Made by a program: the position numbers and the translations under genes. From the human T2T-CHM13v2.0 reference genome, Homo sapiens: a stretch of DNA of 64,000 nucleotides. The DNA lies in assembly GCF_009914755.1 (NCBI RefSeq), contig NC_060941.1. One strand, given 5' to 3'. The notes beneath the pieces were generated by a model, which worked only from the letters and a program-made list of their open reading frames with translations, did not search any database and was not told where the DNA came from. This document shows, piece after piece, positions 1-16,201 of this stretch. Each line of letters opens with the position of its first letter. The stretch's first letter is position 1.

Positions 1-164
1 GTGGGATACAGACTGGCTAGGGACTGATGGAGGAGCCACGAAACTGCAGGTCTCTGATAATTGAAGGCCAGTGCAGTGCAGGCAATGTTGTGAGAGCTTG
101 GTGGTTAAAGTGGCAAACAGGTTCATAGTGAAGTAGCACTAGGAGATGAGAAAAGTCCAGGACA

Positions 165-566
<402 letters not shown>

Positions 567-667
567 CTAAAATCTTTGGTGAATGTGGGGAGGACTATAC
601 GATTAGTTAAGACAATTGCAAAATGGAGGGCTAAACAGTAACATAGCTGAATAGCATGAGACCTTTC

Positions 668-805
668 TTGTTTTTTGTTTTTTTTTTTTTTCAGAGATGG
701 AGTCTCTGTTGGCCAGGTTGGTCTTGAACTCCTAGTCTCAAGCAGTCCTCCCACCCCAACCTCGCAAAGTACTGAAATTACAAGCATGAGCCACCATGCC
801 CGGCC
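668..805 (-). mobile_element. FLAM (free left Alu monomer)
   Basis: Monomer with tail; 15-bp TSD agcatgagacctttc (653-667 / 807-821). Confidence 0.88.
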
Positions 806-942
806 CAGCATGAGACCTTTCAAAAAAGACTTTTACTCAAGGGAGAATCAAAAGAATGCATCAATAGTTCAGGATTGCAGGGAAAGTGGTGGCCTTGGAG
901 GACAGCCAGGAGTAAGAGACAAAAGGTTGGAAGGAAGGATCT

Positions 943-1135
943 GAATTAGCTATACCTGGTGGTGCAGGCTTTTAGTTGTCGCTACTTGGGAGGCTGAGGC
1001 TGAGGCTGGAGAATTGCTTGAGTCCAGGAGTTTGGGACTGCAGTGAGCTCTATCCTGCCGCTGCACTGCAGCCTGGGTGACAGAGCAAGACTCTGTCTCT
1101 AAAATTAAATAAGAAAAAGAAAAGAAATTTAAAAA
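943..1135 (+). mobile_element. Right-arm Alu monomer (FRAM/AluJ-like)
   Basis: Right-arm consensus plus A-rich tail. Confidence 0.8.
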
Positions 1136-2123
1136 GAAGAATCTGAGAACAGAATAAGAGTGTCAGAAACGAAAAGGAGGATTTAAAGTTGGAGAAGCTT
1201 TAGGTGCTGTTAAGGATAAGCATTAGTGGGTAGTGAGGTGGAGTGGAGGAGGAATTTGGAGCTTAGATCGTGGGAACATAGAGTCAAGCACTGAATTTTT
1301 GAGGAAGAGTAGGAATTCTGGCTGCCAGGTACCTGGGAGATGAGAGACGGTGTTGAAACGTGTAAGCCTTTTTGTTGTGGCAGGAGACGAAAGGCACGAA
1401 GATGGTAGGGGAGAACTTTCCCTACCATGGGAAGGCCATCGCTTAAAGCGTCCCTGTCTGTTGAGAATGGTTTATAGGGGTGCCCAATGGTGAGTCTTTG
1501 GGGCCTTCAGAGTGGCCAGGCAGGCCAGGCTCCTCTGGATGCAAGCAGCCTCATCTTTTTATGGTGGAGTACCCTGCGAATATTGCCTGGGCCATAACGT
1601 AAAAGCAACATGAAAGTTGTTGTAAAGTACTGTCACAGCTGACTCCCGATTTTGCATGATGACTATCGTTACCTCAGCAGCACCAGCCTAGGGTCTGGAA
1701 TATAGCAGGCACTCAAAATGTTTGATGAGGTGTTTCCACTGTGTGCTATTCTGGGAATTAAGAGACCTGAGTTCAAGTTTGGCTCTGCAGCTACTTGCTG
1801 TGTTGATGATGGGCAAGTCCTTGCAAGCCTTATGCTGCATCTCAGATTCTACCTATTTGACGAAGAACTTGGACTAGAATCCATGGTTCCTAAAGATTTG
1901 GAGGGCCATGACCCCCTTTGAGAATTTGATGAAAACCAGAGACCCTCTCCGTTTGAGTAGCACACAAATGTGTGCCGTTTCAGTGTGCTTGGACTGGATG
2001 GCCATGATCAAAGAACAACTCGCCTGAAGGGATTGATCAACTCGGGGGCTTGACTGCCTCCTCATCACAACCTCGCTCTAAGGAGCCCTCTACCAGAGGA
2101 TAAAGTACCCATCTTAGAAATGA

Positions 2124-2468
<345 letters not shown>

Positions 2469-4518
2469 AGCCCTTGTCTTTTGAGGGGACTCTTACTGAC
2501 CTGTAACCCCTGAGTTAGAGAGAAGGTAGTAAAGCCTATGAAATAAAGCACTCATAGTACTCAGTAAACTACAGCACCCACCAGGTTTGGATGGAGCTAT
2601 AACATTAGCTATAACCAGAAATACAGACGTCTTGAAAAAGCTGAGCACTGGAGCATGGTCCATTTTAGACCCACTTCAGGTTTTGCAGTCAGATTCAGAG
2701 GGACTTAGTGTGGTGCTGTCTCAGACAAGGAACATGAAGAACAGGAAGGGAATAAATGCTGTCTACCGTAGCTTCAAGAGCACAGGGGAACAGACTCAGG
2801 AGGCAGTGCGGTATCATGGCAGGGCAGGAAGAGGAGGACACCTCCAGTGCTAGTCCGATGAATTGGGTCAAGCACCGGTCTCAACACATCCACGCTCTGT
2901 GAGCTCTGGTTTCCTCACCTGTGAAGAAGGGCTAATAACACCCAGTATGCAAGGCAGGCGGTGGAACCGAATCCCAGCCATGCAACTTGTGTGCTGTGCA
3001 ACGATGGCAAGTTAACCTGAGCCTGTTTCCTCATGAGAAATGATTACCTTGGAAGCTGCTTCTAACAATGTGACTAGAACCTTTAGGAAAAACACATAGC
3101 ACAAGCTTGCCACAGAAGAGAGGCTCAACAAATAGAAAAACTTGATTTCCAGCGCTCTTGTTGGGAATAAATGGAAGTCACTGTGAATATTGCATACTGC
3201 CGAGAAGAGGAAAAAAATCAAGTTTCTTGCCTAGGACTTTCTGTGCAGCTCCTATGTCTTAGAAGATGTGTTTGGCTCCCTTTTGTGAAAGGCTTTTCCT
3301 TCAGTTTATTTACCTGTGTGAACAGAATTCAAAATTCTTTCATCATTTCGCTAAAGCTCAGTGAGGAGTGTCAACTCCACAAGCCAAAAAGCCTAATCCT
3401 ACGTTGGCAGCCAGATTACACACATCTGAAATTGAACCACCAGAAATACCATACCCAGAAAATCATTTGATCTGTGAACTGAATCCTGTGAGGGTTCCGG
3501 GCCTCCTCAAGGCAGAAAGGGTTCAATTTGAAAGGCGGTTATTAGCCCTGTCCCATGAGAGGGAGCGGGAGATCCACATCTTTCCTGGGAGCCTCGTGCC
3601 TTGCACACACCATCGAAAACCTGTTCATCTGCACTGGAAGCAGCATGCAAATAAAACGTTTTGGCTCTATACCTTGAGTAGCTGATTATGTCTAAAACTG
3701 ATGTAAGTTTGGGGATATATATTGTCTAGACCCTTCCACAACAGTTCATTCCAAATATATTTATCGGGTATTTGCACTCTAGAAATAATCCCTAATCTTC
3801 CCAAAACTCCTCTCGGGGGATTTTCTTGTTCATAATTTAGCTGAATAAGAGGTCTGACTCCATGTTCCTTTCTCCGAGTTTGTAAGGAAGAGCCCTTAAT
3901 AGTCGCTAGTGATTTATATCAAGGACAAACAAGCTTTCAACATCTAACACTAACTCCGTATGAACTATTTGTAAGGATTCAGGATAAAAAGCTGGATGTT
4001 GATATCTTGTGTATCTTGTAAAGAAGGTTCTCTACTCAGTCTTGCCTCTTTTGTCAGTAACTTACTAAATGACCCCTGGGCAGGTATTGGCGCATTTTCC
4101 CGTCTGTTTAGAGGACAGAGGTGGTGACTGAGATGGTGCCTGCAGTCTCTTCCAGTTCACATTTGAGTCTGGGTTCCTCACCTTTCAGCTTACCTTTATG
4201 GTAGAGCCAGTTTAGGCCAAAGACAAAATCCCCAATAATGTTCTAATAAGTGCTCACTCGAAGGTTATAAATCACAGTGCACACAAACTCTGAGTTAAAA
4301 CGGTGCATGGCCACGTACTGGAAATCTAAAGAGCATCATTATCAGGTTGGAAGGCAAGTTAACTTCTCTGGTTCCTTCTTTAAAGTCTGTAAAATACAAG
4401 GTTTCCCTGTGGTTCCTTTGGTATCATGTGCTGTTTATACAGAAAGAGTCCCACAACTTGCTTTTGAGACCTGCATCCTAAAACCAAAATAGCTCGTGAT
4501 ACAGCCTCTAAGTCATCA

Positions 4519-4524
4519 TTTATT
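4519..4524 (-). terminator. Distal polyadenylation signal AATAAA of UBE2G1
   Basis: tttatt on + strand; downstream U/GU-rich tract (TATTTTGGTTTT) at ~4491-4480. Confidence 0.75.
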
Positions 4525-5640
4525 GATTTATAGAGCACTCATCACATGAATGAGGTGCTTTACAATACAGTAAACATCACAACAGAACTCACATAGTTAA
4601 ATACAATCAACAAATTACAGAACTAAAAAAACTGAAATGAAGCAACATTATGTCAAATTTCAAAGATGCTGAGAAGTGGCAGTACAAAAAAGGTAATTCC
4701 ACCAACTGGAGACCAGACGGGCAAAGATACACAGGCACCACAGCCCAAAGCGGGCAGATTCGTCGAGGGTGAGTGGGCATATCAAATAAAATCTCACAAC
4801 CAAGAATGAAGGCCGTTAAAGATACTGACACCCACGTGATCACAGTACTAGTGGAATAACCTCACAAACATGTTACCTTAGTATGACACGTCAACCTCAT
4901 ATGGATTTTAAACTCAAAAAAGAGGCCAGAAAGCCACTCAGATCATCTATCCCATACAAGCACAGACTGAAATCTATATGCCTCTACGAGAACTTGGAAT
5001 AAATTTAGGAAACAGCCAACAGTTCTACAATCCATAAGATCTATGGAGATGTTGTTGATGGTTGGCACAAGTTTAGGGGGAAAAATCATTTTCCTAAAGC
5101 AGAGAGGAATCGCCTCACACTGATGAGGCACTGGTGGGACAAAAGCCACCTCGTTCAGTGTCACCTGAATGTGGGTTTCGTATCAAATGTAGAGGCATTT
5201 AAATTTACATTATCAGATGAACACTGAGAAAGGCACAGATGACATCTCCGACAGAGGAAGGGAAGTTGTAACATCTATGTAGGCCTGTTTCAGTATGTAA
5301 CACACTCAGGGCAGGTGGAAAAGCATGTGGAGACGCACTCATGCCTGGCTCTCACTTCCACTCCCGTAGAGCTAGCCCTAAAAAAAAAACCCACATGGTT
5401 TTATCAAACTAACTGCATTAAAGTGGCACTTAAAGTTCAAAAATAGTTGTCCCTGAGTTACTAGGTCATTTGCTGCTTGCTGAAGAGTCAGATCCCAAGT
5501 TTCACCTCAACAGATTGCTAGCAGAATTATAGCAATAGGAGAGCAAAATTTGAACTCCGTTTTGCCACAAGCAACCACCATGTGAACAAGTTCTGATTTT
5601 AAAAGGGAGGGATCCCATCTCTTAAAAGAATTTTTTTGTA

Positions 5641-5808
5641 TTAGCCAGGCATGGTGGCATACACCTGTAGTCCTAGCTACTCAGGAGGCTGAGGCAGGAG
5701 GATCACTTGAGCCCAGGAGGTCAAAGCTGCAGTTAGCTATGATCGTTGCCACTGCACTCCAGCCTGGGTGACAGAGAGACCCAGTTTCTTAAAAAAAAAA
5801 AAAAAAAA
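5641..5808 (+). mobile_element. Alu right monomer inside the UBE2G1 3'UTR (antisense to the mRNA)
   Basis: ttagccaggcatggtggc...gcactccagcctgggtgacagag plus poly(A). Confidence 0.88.
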
Positions 5809-6086
5809 GTAAAAAGGATTGTATTCCAAGTCCCTGGAGGGTGTGCAGTGCTGACATTTTGGGGCAACTATTTTTACAGTCTTTGGAAAAGGAAAAAAAA
5901 AACCAAGTCACAAAGTTCTTAAAGAAAACTGGGTTCTAATGAATCAATTTCCAGTCACAACACACTTACGAGTTTCTATAAGGTTTGTGGGTTTGTATAA
6001 TGTTTACAGGTTTTTATAACGCTTCAGAGTAGAGGACAGGGACTTAGAAAAAAATCACTCTCTACTGTGACTACATCCTCAACCAT

Positions 6087-6092
6087 TTTATT
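6087..6092 (-). terminator. Candidate proximal polyadenylation signal AATAAA
   Basis: AATAAA with upstream UGUA (~6113-6110) and downstream T-run (TGATTTTTTTTCT, ~6057-6046). Confidence 0.55.
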
Positions 6093-7530
6093 TCTGCTTA
6101 AAAAAGGACATACAACGTTTGTAGAGGTCTGGGCTCTTGGCAGGAGTTCTTTCACTCTTCTGCCAAAGCATTTCTCCAAACCCCACAGAGCAGAGATGCA
6201 CGAATTCTCACTGATTCTCACAATCAAACACCATGTCCCATCTGCTACTGTCTCAAGTTCTATCCCTTATAAGCCAAAGACTACTTCCCACACACAACCT
6301 CACAACAAACATGAAGGAGCCTAAGGCCTGCCTTTAACACTGCACATGTTCATTTTACCATTTGCTGAAGTTGTTTTAGAAAACTGTATGATATGAAATA
6401 TATTGAAGCTCAAACATTAATCACATCCAAGTGTACTATTGTTAGTGACGGGATCTATACGTCAAATAGCAAAGCATTTACCCCTGTAATGCTTTTAGAT
6501 TCACAGAAGAATCTAGATAGAACCAAATACATATACTGCCATGGCCATGTGATTTTCAAGTATTAAAAGTTCATTTGCATAAGGAATCAACCTGAGATTT
6601 TCCTAAACCACTTCTCTGGCACTCAGTATTATAGCCTTCATTCAATACAATAAAAGCCAACAACTTGACAATTATTGAAAAAAAATTATATTTTGGAAGA
6701 ACTCACTACATAAGGTGACAGAATTCCAAAATCAAATTACATGAAAATATACATCGCAATTTCTTTGTACAATAGGTGAGAAAAATCTGCAGTATAGAAG
6801 AATAGAGGCAGAGAAATATGAAGGACTAAGGAGAAGGGTATGAGAGTAAATAGGATTTGTAATAGCAAACCCAGAAGTTAAGTAGAAAGCCTGTAGCTGT
6901 GCATGCTTCATTTATCCAACCTTAATACCAGGCAACTGAAGAGGGAAAAGTCAGATTTGCTATTGTTTGGGGAAATTTTCAGTAAGTTGAATTAAGAACC
7001 ATCTATTTTTAGTTCTCAGGGGTAATGACTGGGATCAAGAGCTCACAACGGCCAATAAATGTTATTGCTATATCCAATCCAAGAGGTGGGTGCAACTAGA
7101 ATACAAAAAGGACAAAGCACCTAGTGATGACTCCTTCGAAGTCATCATTAAAAATCAAGTAATTGCTCATTAAGTATTTCAGTATTTGAACTAAATCATT
7201 TGAGAACATTCTGGCAGGTAAGAGATAAAAGCAAAGGGGAGTGTGTCAAAACAAAGAAGATACAAAAGTTTAGTAAGTGAAAAGAGTTTAATGAAGCCTC
7301 AAGGGTTTAAGGGAAATTAAATGGAAACTTTTAATCCTAATTGCTTTTCATCTGACATGCTTAAAGGAATCCTTTTAAACTGATAAGAAACAATGAATAG
7401 GAAAGAAAACCTGCTAAAATCTCTTAGAATTTACACGATTCTTATTCTACTACAAGAAAGCATTATTTGGTACAAGGTGTATTTGTGGATGTACATGAAC
7501 AGTATATATATTATCCGGATCATGTTGTGC

Positions 7531-7538
7531 TATGTACA
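7531..7538 (-). promoter_or_regulatory. Pumilio response element UGUACAUA in the 3'UTR
   Basis: tatgtaca on + strand = TGTACATA, matching the UGUAHAUA consensus. Confidence 0.45.
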
Positions 7539-7889
7539 GGTCTTTACAATTCTTCCTGAAGGTTAAAACAGTTCATTAGAATTCAAAATGCGTAATCATC
7601 TGTAAGTTGGCACTTGTTAGGCTCTTGTCAGCATTGATAACTGGCATGTTTTATTGCAGCCCAGTTCCAGCCAGTGTTTGCCAACTTGTACAACAGAAGT
7701 CCAGCAATAGGTGGGTAGAGTGCAGGAAAAACAGTGCCATGTTTCTCAATTGGAGACCTACAACAACAAAAACAACATTATATAGTCAATTCATCAATTA
7801 CAAAAGAATTAACTGTAAGTAGGTTTTATCCATATTAGATTTATTTGACAACAAATCCTTAATTTCATTCTGAGCTCACTTTGTTTCTA

Positions 7890-8097
7890 TCTATTATGGT
7901 AGCTCACAGCCACGTGGGTATATTTAATTTTAAATGTAAATTAATTGCCATTAAGTACAATTTACAATTTAGTTCCTGAGTCATGCTAAGCACATTTCAC
8001 GTGCTCAGTAGTCACATGTGGCTAGTGACTGGCAAGCTGAACAGCACAGCTGTATCCTTATCATCACAGAACGTTCTACTGGACAGCGCTAATTTAG
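7890..8097. mobile_element. MER3-like hAT-Charlie MITE
   Basis: gtgctcagtagtcacatgtggctagtgact ... gttctactggacagcgct. Confidence 0.75.
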
Positions 8098-8586
8098 ATT
8101 TTTCAATACTTCAAATGTCTTTCAACTTATATTAAATCTAGAATCCATAAGAGAAGATTTAAAAGCCAAGTGATTTGGAAATTTACAAACATTTGAGGAT
8201 GTTCAGAGAAACAACTTAAGATTGCCACACTTCCCAACTTGCTAAATTCTATCTAACTCACTATAGCTCCCTTCAAACCCATTTTCTCCACAAAGCCTGC
8301 CACAAATGACCCTCCATCCCAACCACAGTTTCTAAGTGTTTCAAATCTGTTGGCCTCGTATCATCCAGTTAGACTGTAAGTCAAGAACACATCTACATAA
8401 AAAGCAGCACCGCCTCATCGAGTTCTGATGTGCCAAGCAGCATGCTAAGCGCTTTACAAACTCATTTCCTGAATGCTCACAATCATCATTATGAAGGAGT
8501 CTCCCCTCTAAAGCTGAGACAAGTTCACATAGCCAATAAATGGCTGAGTTTCCTGTTCAAAAAGTTAGAAAAACACTAGGTTGAAG

Positions 8587-8885
8587 TTTTTGTTTGTTAT
8601 TTATTTGAGACAGGGTCCCACTCTGTCCCTCATGCTGGAGTGTAGTGGCATGAACATGGCTCACTGCAGCCTCTGGGCTCAAGTGATCTTCACACCTCAG
8701 CCTCCCAAGCAGCTGGGACCACAGGCACACACCACCATGCCCAGATAATTTTTAATTTTTTTTTGTAGAAACAGGGTCCTCACCACGTCACCCAGGCTGG
8801 TCTTGAACTACAGGCTCAAGCAACGCTGCCACCTCGGCCTCCCAAAGTGTTGGGATTACAGGCATGTGCTACTGCACCCAGTGGT
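8587..8885 (-). mobile_element. AluJ
   Basis: Diverged Alu dimer with J-type diagnostics (gggctcaag). Confidence 0.85.
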
Positions 8886-9233
8886 TAAAGCTTTAAAAGT
8901 CTCATTTGACTATTAGACTTTTCAGAGTCTTTATTATATTAATATGTGCTTTGAAAGGGGGGTGGGTGGGGGCGCCAAGGACAGCAGAAAAGGAAACACC
9001 TATTAGGACTGCATCTTTAGGTCAAGTGTTCCAAAGAACTCAGAAACTCTGAATCCATTGCCATGCACAATTTTGGGCAAAAGAAACAGAAGATGACTAA
9101 GAAATCAAGGGATATAATTTTAAATTCCTCACAGAGAAGCCAAATATACTTAAAGAGTTATGACAAATTTTAACTCACACCAGACATGTTCAAAATTCAG
9201 CATGCCTTCTAAAGCCCAATATGAACTTACCAA

Positions 9234-9737
<504 letters not shown>

Positions 9738-9920
9738 AAATTGATCTATCTTACAATCACTCAAATGCAACCATACCAAAAGCTCTGTTGTGGGGAGAAA
9801 GAAAGCCATTTAGACAACCTCCCTACAAGATCCTGAGAGGTAGAACGACTGCTATATGTCTTTCCAAAAGACATGTACCAATCAATGTAAATGGCCCTTA
9901 GCAAAGCATGAAATGTACTA

Positions 9921-10380
<460 letters not shown>

Positions 10381-11466
10381 AACACTAAAATCAGGCGACC
10401 TAGCCTTTTAATAGCAAAGATCCAGTTTTAAACAGCATTACCCTTTTCAGCAGAGGAAAAAGAAAATCTATCCCTCTTCCCTTTTAATAAAAGTTATACT
10501 AAATTCTAAATAGAGACAAGGCCTCAGTACAGAAAAGGCAGGTTTTGTCATTCTTTTCTCCAGAAAGATAAATGTGAAACTGAATTAACCAGCACAACAC
10601 TGCAAATAAATGGTGCTGACTTGCAACAGTCATTTACATTTTAAGCATATCCATTTCGCAGAATTTATGTTTCAATATTAATTGAAATTATATCAATTGC
10701 ACCTGTCATTTGCCTCATATCTTCTCAGAATTATGCCTGCTTTTTAACCTAAAAATCTGGAGATGGTTTACCTCCAAAGAACTTGAGTGTCTTATTCCAT
10801 TTATTAATATTTCTAAAACTAGAGTCGTCTTTAATTTTCCATATGGCTACAAAACCTAATCTTTTAAAAAGATCTAAAAAAATATAAAACAGACCAATGT
10901 GCTCCCAAATAGAAGCCACTTTTTGATGTTAATGACAAAAATAAAAGTAATTCTTCAATCATAGGGAAGTATTTCAATGATCTTAAGTGTTTCAATGATC
11001 TTGTAAGTGAAAACAGCCAATACCAATTAAGTTTTCCCCATTACCCTTCACAAAAAAATGCTTCCAAAAGTTCCAAATCACCCTACACAGCCACCCAGTG
11101 TACTCCTGCTCCGTCACCAATCCGCTGACTTTTTCCCCCACACTGGGACCGTGCTGCTCGTCGTCTTCTACCATGAGATTGGTGAGTAGCTCTAACACCA
11201 ACTTCCTTTCTGAGCTCTCTGTGAGAACTCACTCTCCTAACTCTCCTGCATGTTACCAAGCCAGTCTCTGTCTCTTCCTTCTGTACCCTAATTGTGCAGT
11301 CTCCAAGTTGTCCTTGCCCTGGTAAGTACTGCTCTCTACACCAAACAGATCTTCATCTCTACTCTGGAGACTTGCAATGTCACCAGCAGCCCTACTTCTA
11401 ACCTCTATCCTAACCACCTCAAATTGAGTCATGGTCTGCTTCTACTCCCACTGAAGCCCCCCCGCC

Positions 11467-11726
11467 CTTTTTTTTGGAGACAGAGTTACCCTCTGTCGCC
11501 CAGGCTGGAGTGCAGTGGTGCAATCTCCGCCTCCCAGGTTGAAGTGATTCTCCTGCCTCAGCCTCCCGAGTAGCTGGGATTACAGTCGCACACCACCGTA
11601 CTGGCTAATTTTTTTTTTTGTATTTTTAGTAGGAAGCGGTTTTGCCATGTTGGTCTCAAACTCCCACCCACCGATCTTCGCCTCCCAAAGTGCTGGGATT
11701 ACAGGCGTGAGCCACTGCCCCTGGCC
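11467..11726 (-). mobile_element. AluS with internal deletions
   Basis: Alu consensus; flanking repeat ctc(c)cactgaag. Confidence 0.85.
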
Positions 11727-11974
11727 TCCACTGAAGTTTTTAATGTGGTTTAACCTTACTTTGTTTTATGCTTGGTCTACCTGGCTAGGCAAACAGTCTT
11801 TACAGGTCAGTATAGTGTATCTATCGCATTCTATGTGTTCCTTCTTTCCCCAAGAGGACAGTGCCTTTGCAAATGTGTTAGAAATAACTATAGATTCATG
11901 CCCCACATCTGCAACTAAGTAAGGCAGGCAGCCTTCTACCTTACTGTGCTGAGTTACGCAATCCGTAGTACTTA

Positions 11975-12654
11975 TTCTGGGTCAAGTTCCCTAGGAAACG
12001 GATTCTGAGGCAGAGATTTGAGGTTTGTCAGGAGGTGCTCTCAAAAACAAGAGTGAGGGATGCAAGCTTAGACAAAGGGAGAAGATGAACTAACTCAAGG
12101 CAGTTGAAACAAAGGCCTCAGTCAATACTATGTTAGAATGACCTTCCCGAGAATTCCCAAACAAGACAAAAGAGCCAGTTGACCAAGCCTTTGTACCACC
12201 CCAACTCCACCCGTCTAATCCACTAGTCACTGAATGCAGGTAAGCACCAGCGATTCCTACAGGGGAACTCAGCTGTGCTTTACAGCAGACAAGGTTCCCG
12301 AAGCTTGGGAATGACTGCCTCCCTCAAGGCAGTCTACCCACACCTGGCTCACCCTCTCTCACTTGCTGCCTCTGATGAAGCCAACTGCCATGTTGTGAAT
12401 TGACTTATGGAGAGGTCTTCAGTAGACAGAACTGAGGGAGAACTCCAGCCAACAGGCAGTGAGGAGGAACTCAGTCGTGCCTGGAACCAGATGCACCCCA
12501 GTTGAGTCAACACCTTGACCACAGCCTTATGAGAGACCCGGAGTCAACCAAGCCACACCCAGATCCCATGGCCATGGAAATCATGAGATAATAAATGTTG
12601 TTTCAAGCCACTAAGTTTTAGTAATTTGTTACGTAGCAATAAAGAACCAATACA
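11975..12654. mobile_element. Adjacent ERVL/MaLR LTR fragments (LTR33-like ~11975-12340; MLT1F/G-like 3' part ~12345-12654 on +)
   Basis: MLT1 3' end signature ataaatgttgtttcaagccactaagtttt..gtaatttgttacgtagcaata..aataca. Confidence 0.65.
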
Positions 12655-13182
12655 GTCCCTCTAGCCTTGGTGCAGAACGGAGTCCTCCTGTCCAGTGGTA
12701 CACAAAGTAGCCATGGTTCTCATCTGTGGCAAGGGGAGAATTTGTTTCCTTTTCCTCTCTATTCTTCCTACCCCACAGCTGAATTAGAACATAAGGGTAC
12801 TAATAATCTCTATATAGGACGAGGTATAAACACTAACAAAATTTGAGATAAAGCCTGGGCCAAGTGGCACCCACAGTAATCCGTGCATTTTGAGAAAATA
12901 TGTGTGGGTCATGGACTTGAATGTAGATAAATATGTATTTTCAAATAATCTTAAATTGATTTCACTTTCAGTTCAGCCCAGACAGACAATACATTTTTCA
13001 AGTGTTTATAGTGAGTTTTCGTTCACGTCTATGTCCTATCACATGACTGAAAACACAAAAAAATACTCAGAAAGTGCATGGTGATAAAGCCGTGAGAAAA
13101 GCCAGCCTTCAAGAAGAGACAGGTGAGGCTGCTGACTATTCAGTCTACAAAGCCGGCCTTGGGGAAACAGGTATCTTTTACA

Positions 13183-13464
13183 TTTTTTTTTTTTTGTTTG
13201 AGATGGAGTCTCACTCTCTTGGCTCACTGCCTCTGCCTCCTGCAGCCTCTGCCTCCGGGATTCAAGTGATTCTCCTGCGTCAGCCTCCCAAGTAGCTGGA
13301 ATTACAGGCGCCTACCACTACGCCCAGCTACTTTTTGTATTTTTAGTGGAGACGGGGTTTCACCATGTTGGCCAGGCTGGTCTTGAACTCCTGACCTCAA
13401 GTGATCCACCCATCTTGGCCTCCCAAAGTGCTGGGCTTACATGCATGCGCCACCGCGCCCGGCC
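13183..13464 (-). mobile_element. AluS
   Basis: Alu consensus; flanking repeat ggaaacaggt. Confidence 0.88.
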
Positions 13465-13598
13465 TAAGGAAACAGGTTTCCATGGTATAAAGCCTTAATA
13501 CAAAAAAATTGTGTAATGGCAATGACATTTAAAAATTAGGTGCACATCTCAATAAAAAGAAGACTGACTCATTTATTTAAGCATTTGATTGTCTACAG

Positions 13599-13819
13599 CA
13601 GGGGTGCCCAGTCTTTTGGCTTCTCTGAACCACACTGGAAGACAAATTGTCTTGGGCCACACAAAATACACTAACACTAACCACAGCTGATGAACTTAAA
13701 AAAGAAAAAATAAAAAAAAAATCTTGATGTTTTACGAAATTCTACCAATTTGTGTTGGGCTGCATTCAAAGCTGTCCTGGGATACATGTGGCCCGCAGGC
13801 TGCAGGCTGGACAAGCTAG
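13599..13819 (+). mobile_element. MER30 (hAT-Charlie) DNA transposon
   Basis: Starts caggggtgcccagtcttttggc, ends ggctggacaagct; internal A-run typical of MER30. Confidence 0.85.
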
Positions 13820-14200
13820 CATACTATACTCTGAATATCAGACAGATGAGTGAAATATAGACCCATTGTTAGAACACATTAGTGATTTTGGTGTGATGTA
13901 TATTTAATTCAATTTTTAAATGATTACACTTTTAGTTCAACTAATGATTGGTTTAGGTACTTACTGAGGCATTTACTTCCTAAGCAGATTTTTAAAAGAT
14001 GGTGAAAATAGGAATAATTTTTAGACTGCATGGTATATCTGGTAGTAAAGGGGAGCACTTCTGGTTATAATAAGGAGATCTGAAAGCACATCTAAATTTT
14101 TTCTAGAAACCAGAGATATCAAACATGAAAACAGGATAAATGGTGGACAGACTTTAGCTTTACTTCGGACTTAAACCTTTGCATTTGATACATTTAATCA

Positions 14201-14675
<475 letters not shown>

Positions 14676-14890
14676 TTACACATCAGGGGAAAGTGGGGTG
14701 AGTGAAGTTCAACCTCTACCTCATACCATACACAAAAATCAATTTCAGTGGATTCAACACAAATATGAAAAGCGAAACAAAACAGATTTTTGGTGGTTAA
14801 AAAAGAACAGGCTCTCTAGCCAAGAAATGAAAAGTAAAATCCATAAAGGAAAAGACTAATCAATTCACCTGCATTAAAATTAAGAACCTC

Positions 14891-15047
14891 AGGCCAGGTG
14901 CGGTGGCTCATGCCCGTAATCCCAGCACTCTGGGACGCTGAGGCACTAGAACTGCTTGAACCCAGGAGACGGAGATTGCAGTGAGCCGAGATTGCACCAC
15001 TGCAATCCAGCCCGAGCGACACAGCGAAACTCTGCCCCCCAAAAAAA
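14891..15047 (+). mobile_element. Monomer-length Alu (left/right arm recombinant) whose tail became (AT)n
   Basis: Left-arm 5' end joined to right-arm 3' end; TSD gaacctca. Confidence 0.8.
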
Positions 15048-15048
15048 G

Positions 15049-15050
<2 letters not shown>

Positions 15051-15106
<56 letters not shown>
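15051..15106. repeat. (AT)28 microsatellite
   Basis: Perfect dinucleotide run. Confidence 0.97.
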
Positions 15107-15109
<3 letters not shown>

Positions 15110-15312
15110 CCTCAGTTTGTCCAAAGGATACCACAAAGAAAATAAAAGGACAAGTACACAAATCAACAAACTGAAAAAGTAATCTAAAAACCTGAACACG
15201 CAATTCACAGAGAAAACCTCAATGGTCAAACACATGAAACGATATGCAATTTCACTGGTAACTAGGGCAATTCATATTAAGTCCACAATATCCAGATTTA
15301 GATAGATAGACT

Positions 15313-16201
<889 letters not shown>

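Larger units (their letters stand above)
4500..7757 (-). other. UBE2G1: UBE2G1 terminal non-coding exon 6 (3'UTR, ~3.26 kb)
   Basis: Acceptor TGTTTTTGTTGTTGTAG at 7758-59; repeat-poor AU-rich sequence; ends just after AATAAA at 4524-4519; 3' end position approximate. Confidence 0.85.

Noticed and set aside
3645-3652. Octamer ATGCAAAT (also near 16354, 16612, 18383, 30840)
   Set aside because: Expected by chance in AT-rich DNA; no paired PSE or Sox element seen
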